Shown here in pieces: positions 26,719-39,800 of a stretch of 64,000 nucleotides of DNA. Under the pieces are notes generated by a model. The model saw only the letters and a list, made by a program, of their open reading frames with translations. It made no database searches and was not told the origin of the DNA. The translations under genes were made by a program, and so were the position numbers. Every line of letters begins with the position of its first letter. The first letter of the stretch is position 1. The DNA is taken from positions 44,888,001 through 44,952,000 of the forward strand of contig NC_134474.1 of assembly GCF_964194025.1 (NCBI RefSeq), read 5' to 3'. This stretch comes from Convolutriloba macropyga. Taxonomy: Eukaryota.

Positions 26719-28252
26719 TGCGAACAATTAGCGAGCCTCAGTGTTGCTCTATTAGATATTTTGCAATAGCCACGAGTAATATTGAGTTCTCTTAATTCTT
26801 TGGTTTATCTCTCGAATGAAGTGTGAAGCAATTATTAATTGCTCTCAAACAAAGTTAAGGTAATTTTTTTAGCCTGTGGTCTTTTTATGCAATTTCTTGA
26901 CTAATTTTGTTTGTCTGAGCCATTTGACTGTTGGTTCTCAACACAGGATAAACATGTAGGGCTCGGAGGGCATTCAGATCTCTTTAAAGTCGTACGCCTA
27001 AACAGTCTCTAAGAATGCGATTCACCAAAACTTTTGCGGAGACAATTTTTATGGTGTGAAGGCCGGTTCTTTATCTTGAAATATTGAACCCCGCTCAATC
27101 GCCCCTGACACACACACACATACACACACACACATTCACCGCCCAACACACCCCCAGTCCACCTGGTGGTTTTTAACCCCCTCTAGTCCAATATTAGAAT
27201 GTAATTGAATTATTGTCGTCAAGTTTCCGTTCATTTAAAAATTTTTAAAATTACTATAGTAGTATATAATAGGCTGTATTAATATTATTTGAATTCCCTT
27301 GGTGAACCTATGGACTTAACAGAATATGGGGCCCCCGTCTGTAAATTGAAAAAGAAAGTCGGCCGGCGAGAGTCGGTTTATGTGTTGTTCTTGTGCCTCA
27401 ATTGTTTCTTATTTTAGCTCTAAGGCGAGGGTGTTTTTAAAGTTTATGATGATTTTGATGTTTCACCGTTCCTTAGAATCCTCAAATGTTAGGAAAATTT
27501 TAGAGCGAATCAAGCTTAAGGTAGATAGTTTGAATTAATTGTTTGATGATACAAAAATTCATAAATTTGGAGAAAATGATTAATTTCTTAATTTCATTTT
27601 CTACAGGCGGATTTAAACGTCTGAACGTGAAAAGTCCGAACTTGTATTATTGTTGTAAAAGATTATAAAAAATTATGCCTTTATTTTTATGTGAAATTAG
27701 CAGTCGTAGTACTTTATTAATTTTATAGGAGATCACAGCTCTAGTGTGCTGCATTTCCTGTGCTGCTACACAGTTGATTTCATGCATTAGATTATAAAAA
27801 AGTCGATTAGCGAACGATTAGCGAGCCTCAGTGTTGCTCTAATGGATATTTTGCAATAGCCACTAGTAATATTGAGTTCTCTTAATTCTTTGGTTTATCT
27901 CTCGAATGAAGTGTGAAGCAATTATTAATTGCTCTCAAACAAAATTAAGGTAATTTTTTTAGCCTGTGGTCTTTTTATGCGATTTCTGGACTAATTTTGT
28001 TTGTCTGAGCCATTTGACTGTTGGTCCTCAATACAGGATAAACATGTATTTCTACAGGCAGATTTAAACGTCTGAACGTGAAAAGTCCGAACTTGAATTA
28101 TTGTTCTAAAAGATTATAAAAAATTATGCCTTTATTTTTATGTGAAATTAGCATTCGTAGTATTTTAATAATTTTATAGAGATCACAGCTCTAGTGTGCT
28201 GCATTTCCTGTGCTGCTACACAGTTGACTTCATGCATTAGATTATAAAAAAA
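26719..28252. repeat. tandem duplication with an internally deleted second copy
   Basis: 26719-27802 recurs at 27810-28252, lacking the equivalent of ~26959-27597. Confidence 0.85.
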
Positions 28253-28788
28253 GTCTTCAGTGGTTTCTCTAACAAAATTTCTCTAGTTTTCAGTGATTTT
28301 CTCTAACAAAAAAAAAATTTTATTCAATCATTTATTTGACGCTGATCAGTAGAGTAATCTTAGTTGCTGGTTTGAAAGAGCTTTTTTGCTATGAGCCTTC
28401 ATCAAGTTAACCACTATCAGATGTCTGCCTCTATTAAGTTCGATAAACGCTTAATAGTGTGCCAGCCTCCTTGTTTTTGCGCTAAATTTATGACTTCTTA
28501 GTTTTTTTTCATTTAAAACTATTGTCTAAGTAGTCTTTATGCGTGCGGTCATTGTCCGGTAAGGTAAAATCACGATTTGTTAGCTATAATTTGCTCTCAA
28601 ACAAAGTTTGTATTAATGATTTGTTTTCTAAGGCAATTTATTGGGGTTTTATGGCAATTGTGTTATTAGTTTTGAATAGCCGCCCTCATATCAGCTAGCT
28701 ATTATAGTGGGCTTTTTTTTTTACAATTCAAAGAATTTGACTTGTATTGGGGCGCTGATCTTAACAGATCATGTGTAATACGTTGCAG

Positions 28789-28941
28789 GAATTCCGGTGA
28801 AAGTGGTCAATTTGGACGAGCCAGAGAAGGTGTACGATAAGGCCCTGGATCTGTTCATGTACCTGAATGAGGTGGGAGGCAAGAATGCCATCGGAAGAGT
28901 TGACATTGTCGAGAACCGATTCATCGGAATGAAATCTAGAG
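28789..28941 (+). CDS. ASS1: ASS1 exon (153 nt)
   Basis: ttgcag|(G)[50 protein letters not shown](G)|gtaagt. Contains the diagnostic [14 protein letters not shown]. Confidence 0.97.
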
Positions 28942-29344
28942 GTAAGTTTTAGTTGCATTGTAAAAGTAAGTTATTCCCTTCTACTGAGATATTCCTTATT
29001 TTTGTCTAAATAATTTTTTTTCGTATGAAGTGATTAATGTGTATCTACGACTGTGCTTCATGGTGGGATTTTTTCCTTTTTGAGTCAACTTTTTTTCTTG
29101 GCCTTATTTCTAATTGAATTAAAAATGGTTAAAGGGTACTTCATACTTTCTAAGAGATGTTACTTTATCTCGATTAACTATTGCGAGCAGAGATCTGTGC
29201 TCAGTCATATTCTAGTATTTGGATTGCATGTGTGATCTGATATCAGATGAACATTTTCATGACGCATGCTGAAATCGGAGCTGTTCTCGTGCCGACTAGA
29301 TTTTATTACTGGTCTCTGCAGCACTATAAAATAGCATGCTTTAG

Positions 29345-29476
29345 GTGTGTACGAGACGCCTGCAGCCACAATTCTCTACCACGCTCACTTGGACCTGGAG
29401 CTGTTCTGCGTAGACAAGGAGGTGTACAGAATCAAGTCATACCTCTCGGCCAAGTTTGCTGAACAAGTCTACAACG
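29345..29476 (+). CDS. ASS1: ASS1 exon (132 nt)
   Basis: tttag|(G)[43 protein letters not shown](G)|gtaagt. Confidence 0.97.
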
Positions 29477-29965
29477 GTAAGTACAACTCACTACATCAGC
29501 TGCTCTATCTAGCCTTCGCAGACCAGTTGAATGAGATTTTGTCTGTCACATCACAGCAGTGACCATTGAGAACTCACAAAACTTGGATAATTATGTAAAT
29601 ATGTTTTCCAAGTGGTTTTGTACATCAACAAATAAAGGATTTGTAGTGTTTGGTGGATAAAGAATTATGTATGAAGACCTCTTCAACAGAAGTTATATTT
29701 TTCGTGAAATGTGATAAATCATCAGAATGGTATACGCTTATTTAGCACTTGAGGCTAAATTTTGTGTTTTTAGTAACACGAAATAGTTAATTTCAAAGTG
29801 GAAGACAATTGACCTGATGTTTGTTTGCATTAATATGCAATCCATTATTCAATGAAAAGCTGTTGCAAAGATTGTAACCAAATATGCGGATTGCTGGGAT
29901 AGAACCGGAATGCACATGAAAACCCAAAAATGCATCGTAATAGTAGTAGTTGAGTTAATATTTAG

Positions 29966-30188
29966 GCTTCTGGTACAGCCCCGAGTGTGAGTTTGTACGA
30001 CACTGTATTGACAAGACACAGGAGGTTGTAGAGGGCAAGGTTAGAGTGATGCTATACAAGGGTGGCTGCCACATTCTGGGCAGAGAGTCCCCTCTTAGTG
30101 TGTACAATGAGAGTCTAGTCAGCATGGACGTCAAGGGAGACTACGAGCCCAGTGACGCCGACGGATTCATCAAGATCAATGCACTCAG
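29966..30188 (+). CDS. ASS1: ASS1 exon (223 nt)
   Basis: tttag|(G)[73 protein letters not shown](R)|gtttga. Confidence 0.96.
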
Positions 30189-30666
30189 GTTTGAATCTGC
30201 TCAGCTACGAACGCCAGTAATGTTATCAACGAATGAAATGATCAACGACTATAAAAGGCCCTGTGTGTACCTTTCAAACAAACGTTTTGCTTTCCCCTCA
30301 CTCAAGCTATGAATGATTCCTGCCTGCGGGACTGCTCTAGCGGTATCTGCTATCAATAGTTAAAGTTTCTTTTAAATATTGGAGTCACAACTTGAGGACA
30401 ACTGCAAAAGTGTTGAATCTAACTTTACAAAGGCAGCTCAAAATGTGAAATTGTGGTAACTGTTTCCATTATAAAGGTGTAAACATCAATTGATCTTAGA
30501 GGATCATAATCGACGAGGAAAAGACACTTCCAAATTTTGTCTTCAATTATATTTTATAAGGTGGTCAATTGTCTCATGATTTTATCAGATTTTTCAGCAT
30601 GTTGCAGTATTTGATTTCGCAGATCTCAATGGCCGAGTGTCCCGATTATTGAGTTACTTATTTCAG

Positions 30667-30745
30667 GCTTAGAGAATACTGCAGAATTGCCAGAAAGTGT
30701 GACAAGATCGAACAAGTTGGGCTGAGGCCATCTGCGAAGAAATAG
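30667..30745 (+). CDS. ASS1: ASS1 terminal coding exon
   Basis: tttcag|(R)LREYCRIARKCDKIEQVGLRPSAKK*. Compare human RLKEYHRL; phase is consistent with the previous exon. Confidence 0.88.
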
Positions 30746-31262
30746 AGAACACATCAGGTCCACAGGGACGAGATGCGCCTACAAGAACACAGACCCTAAA
30801 TATAATGGAATGCAAACTATATAAAAGAATACGAGCTTCAGATTGCGCAGAATCAGAAACGGAGATTTGAGATTTGGTATCAATTTAATTTACAGAGGTC
30901 ACAAGAGCTAGAAAAATGTCGCAATAGTAATATGCTCAACTAATTACATCTCATTTGTTTGTATCCAATCTTTGTTTGATTATATCCTTGATCCAATTAC
31001 ATTACACGTGCTATGCTATTTCGTAATCAATAATTGCCAATTGCTATTCTAGATCCACAATCCCTATCGTAACCTGTTTCTCTATTCTAGCGGCTGAGCC
31101 GCCATGATCTAGTGTACAGTTTGTAGAAGCTTTGTATCTTTTCTCTAGTTATTATCACTGTTTTTATGAAGTAATGGCGAGGCTAACGGGCGCATCTATC
31201 AATCATTTTTGTGCAGTGAACATTCGAGTCACTTTGTCATCAGTTTCAATATGATTTTTTTG

Positions 31263-31268
31263 AATAAA
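31263..31268 (+). terminator. candidate polyadenylation signal of ASS1
   Basis: AATAAA about 520 nt after the stop codon, followed by GT-rich sequence. No transcript data. Confidence 0.45.
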
Positions 31269-32173
31269 AGCTAATGTAGTAAGTGAATGTCAATGTCGAA
31301 GCACATTCTGTCGTCTAATGTCTTGAATGAACCTTTTGCTCTTGCTTTGGTGCTTTTGAAGTTTCATGAACCGCCGAATTACGTATCGTAGAAGCTATCG
31401 CCATAAATTAACTCTTGCTGGTTCTGGTATATGGTGAGCAAGTATAAACGTGGGATCTATGTCTGGTGCACAATTTGCTGCTAGATGTGTGTGCTATAGT
31501 AGTGGTACCTTGTGTCTCTTTGTCTGATTAGCCAGCTAGTTGCTACATGGAAAATAAAATATTACAGAGATTTTGTGACATTGTAACCTTCTGATTTTTG
31601 TTTTTGATCTTGTATTCTACCCAGTCAATATATATGCATTCTAAACGCAGTTTTTCAAAACCAGAGAAGTCAGGAGTGCATTACTAGGGAAGTAAATCAG
31701 CGTAACAAATACTACCTAGTGAGCAGTTGTCGGTGAATTCTGGTTTACGACTTTATAAATAGCCGCCGTCAGCCTCTCAGCGGCTTTTATTGAGGAGCTC
31801 TCCTTTAAACCATCCAAGAATTCGATTATATTGGTGCTCTGCCTTTTTGGCAGATGTTTTCACACATTTTTAATATATTTTTTAGCTGTATATGTCATTA
31901 ACGCGAAGTTAAACACTCAAAATGATATCAATGTTAACCACTCTTTCCTAGTTTCTAGAATTTTTTTAGTTTTCCGGCCTTCAGAGCAAAATGAATCAGT
32001 GGCTTGAAGATTGGCTACTGAATGGCTGGGAGAAAGACAAGATTTCCCTATAATTTCCATGTTTTGACAATTTTTGCCTTTTTCCGAGTTTTTGATCTTC
32101 AGGGGCGAGTGAAACTCTTCTAGGTGTTGATAAGATGTTACTTTTTGTTTCGAGTTTCAATGGAGTGCTTTTT

Positions 32174-34333
32174 AATTGCTCTCAAACGAATTTTGTAGCA
32201 ATTATATTAGTCCTGTCGGTCTGTTTTTATGCGATTTTTCGCTTGACCGATTTTTCGTCTGACGCTTTTGACTTTTCGTCCTCAAAAACGGGATAAACAG
32301 GTAGCGCCCAGCGGGCATTATGTGCTCTTAGAGCCTTTCAGCTCTGTTTCCGCTCTAACTGTTTTGGAGACTCATACTTATACTTATGGTGTGATGGGCG
32401 GTTCTTTGAGGTTGAAGACACCCCCACTGTTGACCCCCCCCCCACCGCGCTGTTGCCCCCCCCCCATCCCAGTGTTGCACACCCCAATCAGCCCCGGGTG
32501 CATCCTCCCCCCTCCTTCCCTCGCCTGGCTAGCTACTGACGAACAACCGCTAGCTAAAAACGCAAATTTATACTATTTTGCAATTTTTTTCAAGCTTTTT
32601 GAAAATTTTCGACATTTTTTGATTTTTATCAGCCCTAGGTGTCAAGGAACCTACTTTAGGTTTTTAAAGTAGGTTACTGCGTAGTTTCTAGTTGTATTGT
32701 AATGGTTTCAACTTTTTACCATCACGAATTTTAGCTTTTTTTTGACAAAACGTGCAATTTTTCTTAAATTTTTTGATATTTTTTTTCTTATTCAGGTCTT
32801 TCCAGACCCAGGGGCCAGAAAACATCCTATGGGGTTCGATAATAAGTTACTGACAAATTTTTAATGGTAATGGAATAGTTTTTCAACTTTTTAATGTCAC
32901 AATTTTCAGCAATTTTTTGATAAAACTTGCTTTTTTTCAAGATTTTTTTAAAATTTTTTGTCTTTTTTTTAGATTTTTAGCCTTAAAAGCCAAGGAACCT
33001 CCTCTAGGGTTAGAAAATATTTTTGTGAATAATTTTTATATTAACTGGAATGTCTTGCAATATTTTATCATCACGAATTTTAGCATTTTTTTGATATTTT
33101 TAGCCATTTTTTTCCAATTTTTTAACATTTATTGTCATTATTCTGAGCCTCACGATTTTTTGATTTTTTGAGCCTCAAGGGTCAAAAAAGCCTCGATTAG
33201 GGTTTGATAATAAGTTATTGGAAAATTTTTGTTCGTCATGAATTTATTTTCAACTTTTTATTTTCAAGTTTTAGCAATTTTTAAAAAAAATTTGCACTTT
33301 TTTTTGAAGTTTTTTGAAATTTTTTGTCATTTTTTAAGTTTCTCTAGTCTCAAGTGCCACGGAATTTCCTCTAGGGTTTGATAATCTGTTTCTGCATAGT
33401 TTATAGATGTATTGAAATGTTCAAGATTTTAACACGAATTTAAGCAACTTTTAAAAATATATGCAGTTTTTCATGTTATTTAAATTTTTTCCAGCCAGAG
33501 GCCCTGGGACCTCCTCCAAGGTTTGATAATAAGCTGCTGCATAGTTTCTAGAGTTAATGGGATTGTGATCAACATTTTTTATGACTCCACTTTTAGTAAT
33601 ATTTAAAACTTTTAGTTTTAAAGTAATTAAATTTAAAATTTTTGGAAAATTTTTGTTCCAAGTCTATGGATCTTTGAGCCAGTGAAACCATTTCAGGCTT
33701 GAAGCAGGGATACTGGATAGTCTCTTGAGACAATGAAATGGTTCTAAAGATTTTAATGTCTTGAATTTTTGTAAGATTTTGTTAAAATTTTCCAAATTTT
33801 TCAATTTTTCCTTTTCTGAGTTTAACGACCATTACTGGTCAACGAAACTTTTCAAGTCTCGGAAATGGGTTACTTGACAGAACGTTCGAGACAAAAAATG
33901 GTTTTCATTTTTTTTCGGAGTTCAAAATTTTTTTAATTTTGCCTTTTTCAGTTTTTTTCTATATGATTTATTTATTAATAAGGATAGAAAACTTGTTGCA
34001 GTGTCGAATCCCATCATGGAAGATATTCCTGTCTCCTCTCTCTTTCAGTTGGGGTTCCTTTCCTTCTATTTCTCGTTCACCTTTTATCTCTCTCTCTCTC
34101 TCTCCATTATTAATTGCTCTCAAAAGCAATTTGTAGCAAATATATTAATCCTGTTCCTCCTTTATGCAATGTTTCGGTTTGCCGATTTTTCGTCTGAGTA
34201 ATTTGACTTTCGTATTCAGAAACGGGATAGAGAGGTAGCGCCCTGAAGACACTAAACCGTGACTAGCTGTTGACGAAGCCAACCGCTCGCCGGTCGTTTG
34301 AGAGCAATTCGCCCGACGTTAGTCGGTTATGTT
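32174..34333 (+). mobile_element. HINE-like family 1 elements with an internal diverged ~175-bp tandem repeat
   Basis: 5' aattgctctcaaac...agcaatt (32174; again 34112). 3' gtttgagagcaatt (34296-34309) with hairpin ccgac-gtta-gtcgg. A motif like gccaaggaacctcctctagggtttgataataag recurs near 32640, 32815, 32990, 33180, 33355 and 33500. Confidence 0.65.
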
Positions 34334-34892
34334 CAAGATATTTGCATCCAAAATTTTTGCAATTTTTCGATTAAAGCTTCAATTTTTATGTGTTTTGAAA
34401 ATTATCATTTTTTGAGAATATCGATTATTAAAACCTTTTTTAAGGCTTGAAAATGGCTTACCTGGTAGTTTCTGGAGACAGAGAAATAGCTCTGAAGGTT
34501 AGAAGTTATACGATTTTTGGCGACTGCAATAAAATTTGCCTTTTCATTTTTGTCTTCAAAAATTTCATTTTTGAGTTAATCGTTCTTGAAGCACCAGTTA
34601 AACCTTTTTAGGGCCTGCAGATGGATAACTGGACAGTTTCTAGAGACTAAAAAAATTCTAGGGCGGTTCTGAACATATTGATATCACGAAATTTAGCAAC
34701 GTACTAAATTTTAAATTTTTAATCTATTGAAAGTCATTTTTCTATCATTTGTTGGCACTGAACCCCTTTGAACCATGTGCGTGGGTTAGGGAGTGGAATT
34801 GATAACGTTTGGTTGTGAGTTTTGTCCGGTATATCAGTTAGTATTTCAATCAATTCTTTTGATTGTTTCAGGACTGCTATGTTTTTTTTATG

Positions 34893-35292
34893 TAGCCTCC
34901 GCGAGCCTCGCAACGGCTATTATTTAGGCGCTCTCCTTTTTCATTTCGCTTTAACTTTTGGTCACATTCTTACTTTTACATGTCACGCAATTTAGTATAT
35001 ATGGTCAAGGTCAAAAGAGCAAAACCGAACGAAAGGGGATAAGTCGAAGTGCATTAGGTGATCAAAGTCCATTAAAGCTATTTCTAGCTGTCATTAGTAT
35101 TGTGCTTAATAGCCGACAGCTTAGAAGCTGAAACAAATATAATTTAGAATCTAACTGAAAATGGACACCAATTTAGAAAACTTCTTAGCAATAAATTCTT
35201 TCAATTTTTATCTCTTATTCTGTTTCAATTCCGATATCCCACAAACGGGTCAACAGAGGCTATTTTTCGGAAATATGATGGCTATGTTTTTT
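34893..35292 (+). mobile_element. short HINE-like element related to family 3
   Basis: 5' tagcctc...cggctatt; 3' gaggctatt...ggctatgtttt. Confidence 0.5.
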
Positions 35293-36378
35293 GATGTGAA
35301 ACATTTTGTCGAAATGCCTTCTTAAAAACTAAGTGGTTGAATCAGTCTGCTGAACAAAATTGAACAGGAGAGAACAATTTTTCTCTTCATGCAGCATGTT
35401 CGAAGGAGCTAGAGAAATTAGGTGTGGAAACTTTTTTCTAAGCAGGCAAAATTTTGTTCAAATGCGCATTTTTAAAGCCACTTTTTGTTCGCTCAGCAAT
35501 TTTGCGTTCCTATCTACTAAGTTTTCTCGTTTTCATTTGCAATGGTGATTTAGCAGCGTGTGTTATCAGTTTCTAGTCAATATTCATTTTTGTTTTGTCT
35601 GAGTGCCAGTAAGCAGCAAGAATGTACTTATTTTTCAGCGATGGCACTACAAAAGTTTGGGAAGATTTATCAAATTTTCTCAGTCTGCTTCAATTTTCAT
35701 CATCTCTCTTTTTTTAACCAGTGTGTCAATATTTTTAATTTTCCCTTGTCAGACGTCGCCAACTAACTTATTTTTGTTAAGTTGAGTTGCAGGAGACGAT
35801 TTTGTGCTAAACTCAACTGGGTTTATGATTTTGTCCAGTCGTCTTCTGTTTCAGTAACTTTTTTGTGATTTACCATTAGATGTATTAGGTTTTATCTAGC
35901 TTTGAAACGGATGGGAAAGATTTGTCCTGTTTTTTTGTCAATGTTTGCATTATACATTAGATTTTCACTCTTTCAACTATAAATTTTGGTTGCAACGATA
36001 AATAATTTGAACTCGTAGACTTTGATTTTGTTATTCAATGCGTCAACATTTTCACATCTGTGCACACCATCAAATACTGATCATTGTTTTTTCAAGCCCT
36101 GAGTTTGGTTTTAATCGTCATGGCATTTGATTTTTTATCATCAAAGTTCAAGGAAATTTAAGATGTGAAGATCGGAACTTTATAGTACCAAATAATTAAT
36201 TGTACAATAGAAAAAAATGTTATCACTGAAATGTGTTTTTAGAGACTTTCAGAAGCAAGGCCAGAGCAAGATAATTCTCTAAATGTTCTCCACATTTATT
36301 TTAAGAAAATGTGGTTAAGTTTGCTTTACGTTAGTGCAATTGTTCGTCTTTGTTTCTGTTTCTGGCAACGTTTTCTCT

Positions 36379-36530
36379 NNNNNNNNNNNNNNNNNNNNNN
36401 NNNNNNNNNNNNNNNNNNNNNNNNNNNNNNNNNNNNNNNNNNNNNNNNNNNNNNNNNNNNNNNNNNNNNNNNNNNNNNNNNNNNNNNNNNNNNNNNNNNN
36501 NNNNNNNNNNNNNNNNNNNNNNNNNNNNNN
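36379..36530. other. assembly gap (152 N)
   Basis: Run of N. Confidence 1.
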
Positions 36531-36815
36531 TTCTCCTGGTTCTCGCATCTCTAAGTTGCAATTACAGCTGCCAATACTAATCAAATTAGCTTGTTTTGTT
36601 GATAACTTTTTCTAAAAGAAAGAATTATTTCCTTTGCTTTTTCAATCCTAATCAAAATCATGGAAGTCATTTGCTGCTAAAATTTGATAATCTTTTTTTA
36701 AATAGCTGGGATAGTTGACAGTAGTTGTTAAGATAGGCGTGTTATTGTTGGGGCACCATGGTATTGGTTTCCTTTTTCATTTTTAAGGAAGATTTTGTTG
36801 TTGAGGCCACGAAAA

Positions 36816-39800
36816 CATACTAGGCAAAAAACGATTCGTTTGTAGAAGATTTCTCTCATACCATGAAATACAACCTATGAGCTGAAACATCTTGGTATCC
36901 ACCAGTTCGGTCTTAATAGAACTATTTATTCGAGTATTCACCCCTCCTCTTTATAATTTTTCTTTGAATATCAGTGACAAATCGGCAGTTTCTTTATCTT
37001 ACGAATACAATAACATACAGAAACAAAACACTAGCATTTCCAGAAGGAGCGTCTGCTCCGACTTCTTACCTGGACTGACACAGGAAATGAGTGAACTGAA
37101 ATTTAATGATGGCAGATCTCCTTTCGAGACTTGCGTTTCAATAAAACCGTTTCATTCCGATAAAAACTCCTTATAAAGTCTCAGCATTGGAGCACGATAT
37201 AGTCATGTCCAAAAAAGATACTTGTAAATGAGTTCAAACTAGGAGAAAATGGTGTGTGGTACTTAGACAGCCGTGTACCAAATAAAAATTGTTGTAATGA
37301 GCTCTCTGATCTTTCACTCTTTTGCAATGATATATCATTTTATTCACATAAACTAAATCTACCGCCATCTGTGGAACTTAATTTTTCACACACTATCTTT
37401 TTAAAACGTTATCTCATTAATCGCTTTCGAATTCAGTTGTTCTTTCTGATCTTTTTTGAGCAAGATCATCGTCAGATTGGTGAAGTCATTGCAAGTGCAT
37501 GCCACCATTTAGAATATTAGATTTGCACATACAGCAATCCCTTTTGATGTGTAATAATATATTTGCAACCGCCAATACAGTTCAACTTAAAGCTCAATAG
37601 TTCGCTGGCAATTGCTCCAACATTTTTTTGAAAATCAATTAGCGCAGTCAAAGAAGGAATCAGCATGTTCACTACTTAGAATAGAACCATTGTGGTAGAA
37701 AGCCTCTTGGAAAAATCTGTTTCATTGGGAACACTAATTTGGGGCATGTTATCAGACGAAGGAATATCTGTAGACAAACTCCGAGAAGATTCTCTCAAGT
37801 AACCCTACCCAATGAACCCATTTACAAATCTAAGCTAAACAAGATTCCCACCCAAAAGGAGTTGGATTGTATGATTCGAAACGAACAGCTAAAAGAAACT
37901 AACTTCGTTAAGAAATGGAGGCAGTGGAGTTCCTGTGTGAAGAAAATCCATGAAAGTGTGATGAAGCTGTTTGAATCCCCTATTTATTTTAAGAATGGAA
38001 TGTCAAAATTTCTGCGCGATAGATAATCTATTTTTGACATTGACAAACTGACGACTCGAGAGTTGTTCAAAAAATTTGATCAAATCTTCGTTAATGAAAA
38101 ACATAACTTTTGAGCGTTCTTTTTTGTAACCCGTAAGCAAATGAAAAATAAACCTGTTGGAAAATTCTATGGGGCACTTGTGGAGTTTTTACTCAATTGC
38201 GATCTTCTTTAAGAAAGATTCTCGTGTTGAGGCCGTGAAAACCGGTAGTAATCTAATTTTTCAACTCACTCAAACGCCTCCTCTCTCGGATCTTTGATCA
38301 TACTAGGCTAAAAACGATTCGTTTGTAGAAGTTATCTCTCATACCATGAAATACAACCTATGAGCTAAATCATCTTGGGATCAACCAGTTCGGTCTTAAG
38401 AGAACTATTTATTCGAGTATTCACCCCTCCTCCTTATAATTGTTCTTTGGATAAAAGTGACAAATCGGCAGTTTCTTTATCTTACGAATACAATAACATA
38501 CAGAAAAAAAAACTAGCATTTCCAGAGGGAGCGTCTGCTCTGTCTTCTTACCTGGACTGACACAGGAAATGACTGAACTGAAATTTAATGATGGCAGATC
38601 TCCTTTCGAGATTTGCGTTTCAATAAAACCGTTTCATTCCGATAAAAAAATCCTTATAAAGTCTCAGCATTGGAGCACGATATAGTCAAGTCCAAAAAAA
38701 GATACTTGTAAATGAGTTCAAACTAGGAGAAAATGGTGTGTGGTACTTAGACAGCCGTGTACCAAAAAAAAATTGTTGTGATGAGCCCTCTGATCTTTCA
38801 CTCTTTTGCAATGATATATCATTTTATTCACATAACCTAAATCTACCGCCATCTGTGGAACTTAATTTTTCACACACTATCTTTTTAAAACGTTATCTCA
38901 TTAATCGCTTTTGAATTCAGTTGTTTTTTCTGATCGTTTTTGAGCAAGATCATCGTCAGATTGGTGAAGTCATTGCAAGTACATGACACCATTTAGAATA
39001 TTAGAATTGCACATTCAGCAATACCTTTTGATGTGTAATAATACATTTGCAACCTTGAATACAGTTCAACTAAAAGCTCAATAGTTCGCTGGCAATTGCT
39101 CCAACATTTTTTTGAAAATCAATTAGCGCAGTCAAAGAAGGAATCAGCATGTTCACTACTTAGAATAGAACCATTGTGGTAGAAAGCCTCTTATAAAAAT
39201 CCGTTTCTTTGGGAACACTAATTTGGGGCATGTTATCAGACGAAGGAATATCTGTAGACAAACTCCGAGAAGATTCTCTCAAGTAACCCTACCCAATGAA
39301 CCCATTTACAAATCTAAGCTGAACAAGAGTCCCACCCAAAAGGAGTTGGATTGTAAGATTCGAAACGAACAGCTAAAAGAAACTAACTTCGTTAAGAAAT
39401 GGAGGCAGTGGAGTTCCTGTGTGAAGAAAATCCATGAAAGTGTGATGAAGCTGTTTGAATCCCCTATTTATTTTAAGAATGGAATGTCAAAATTTCTGCG
39501 CGATAGATAATCTATTTTTGACATTGACAAACTGACGACTCGAGAGTTGTTCAAAAAAATTTGATTAAATCTTCGTTAATGAAAAACATAACTTTTGAGC
39601 GTTCTTTTTTGTAGTCCGTAAGCAAATGAAAGGTAAACCTGTTGGAAAATTCTATGGGGCACTTGTGGAGTTTTTACTCAATTGCGATCTTCTTCAAGAA
39701 AGATTCTCGTGTTGAGGCCGTGAAAGCCGGTAGTAATCTAATTTTTCAACTCACTCAAACGCCTCCTCTCTCGGATCTTTGAGCATACAAGGCTAAAAAC

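Larger units (their letters stand above)
23289..26760 (+). mobile_element. HINE-like family 2 element with nested inserts
   Basis: 5' tgttccgaccc (23289-23299) with hairpin cccact-tt-agtggg. 3' gggtcggaaca (26705-26715), then a gagc...gctc hairpin. Confidence 0.6.

Noticed and set aside
28761-28788. Alternative acceptor ttaacag 21 nt upstream of the 28789 exon
   Set aside because: Its use introduces an in-frame TAA, and there is no evidence it is used.
30189-30312. ORF-track extension of ASS1 (FESAQLRTP...) as an alternative C-terminus
   Set aside because: This is read-through into the intron. The exon at 30667 supplies the conserved RL(R/K)EY. The same applies to the extensions past 4083 and 29476.
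32268-32672. Pro-rich 134-aa ORF
   Set aside because: Arises from C-runs within a HINE-like repeat and starts at TTG.
36309-36615. ORFs with long X runs
   Set aside because: Artefacts of the N gap.
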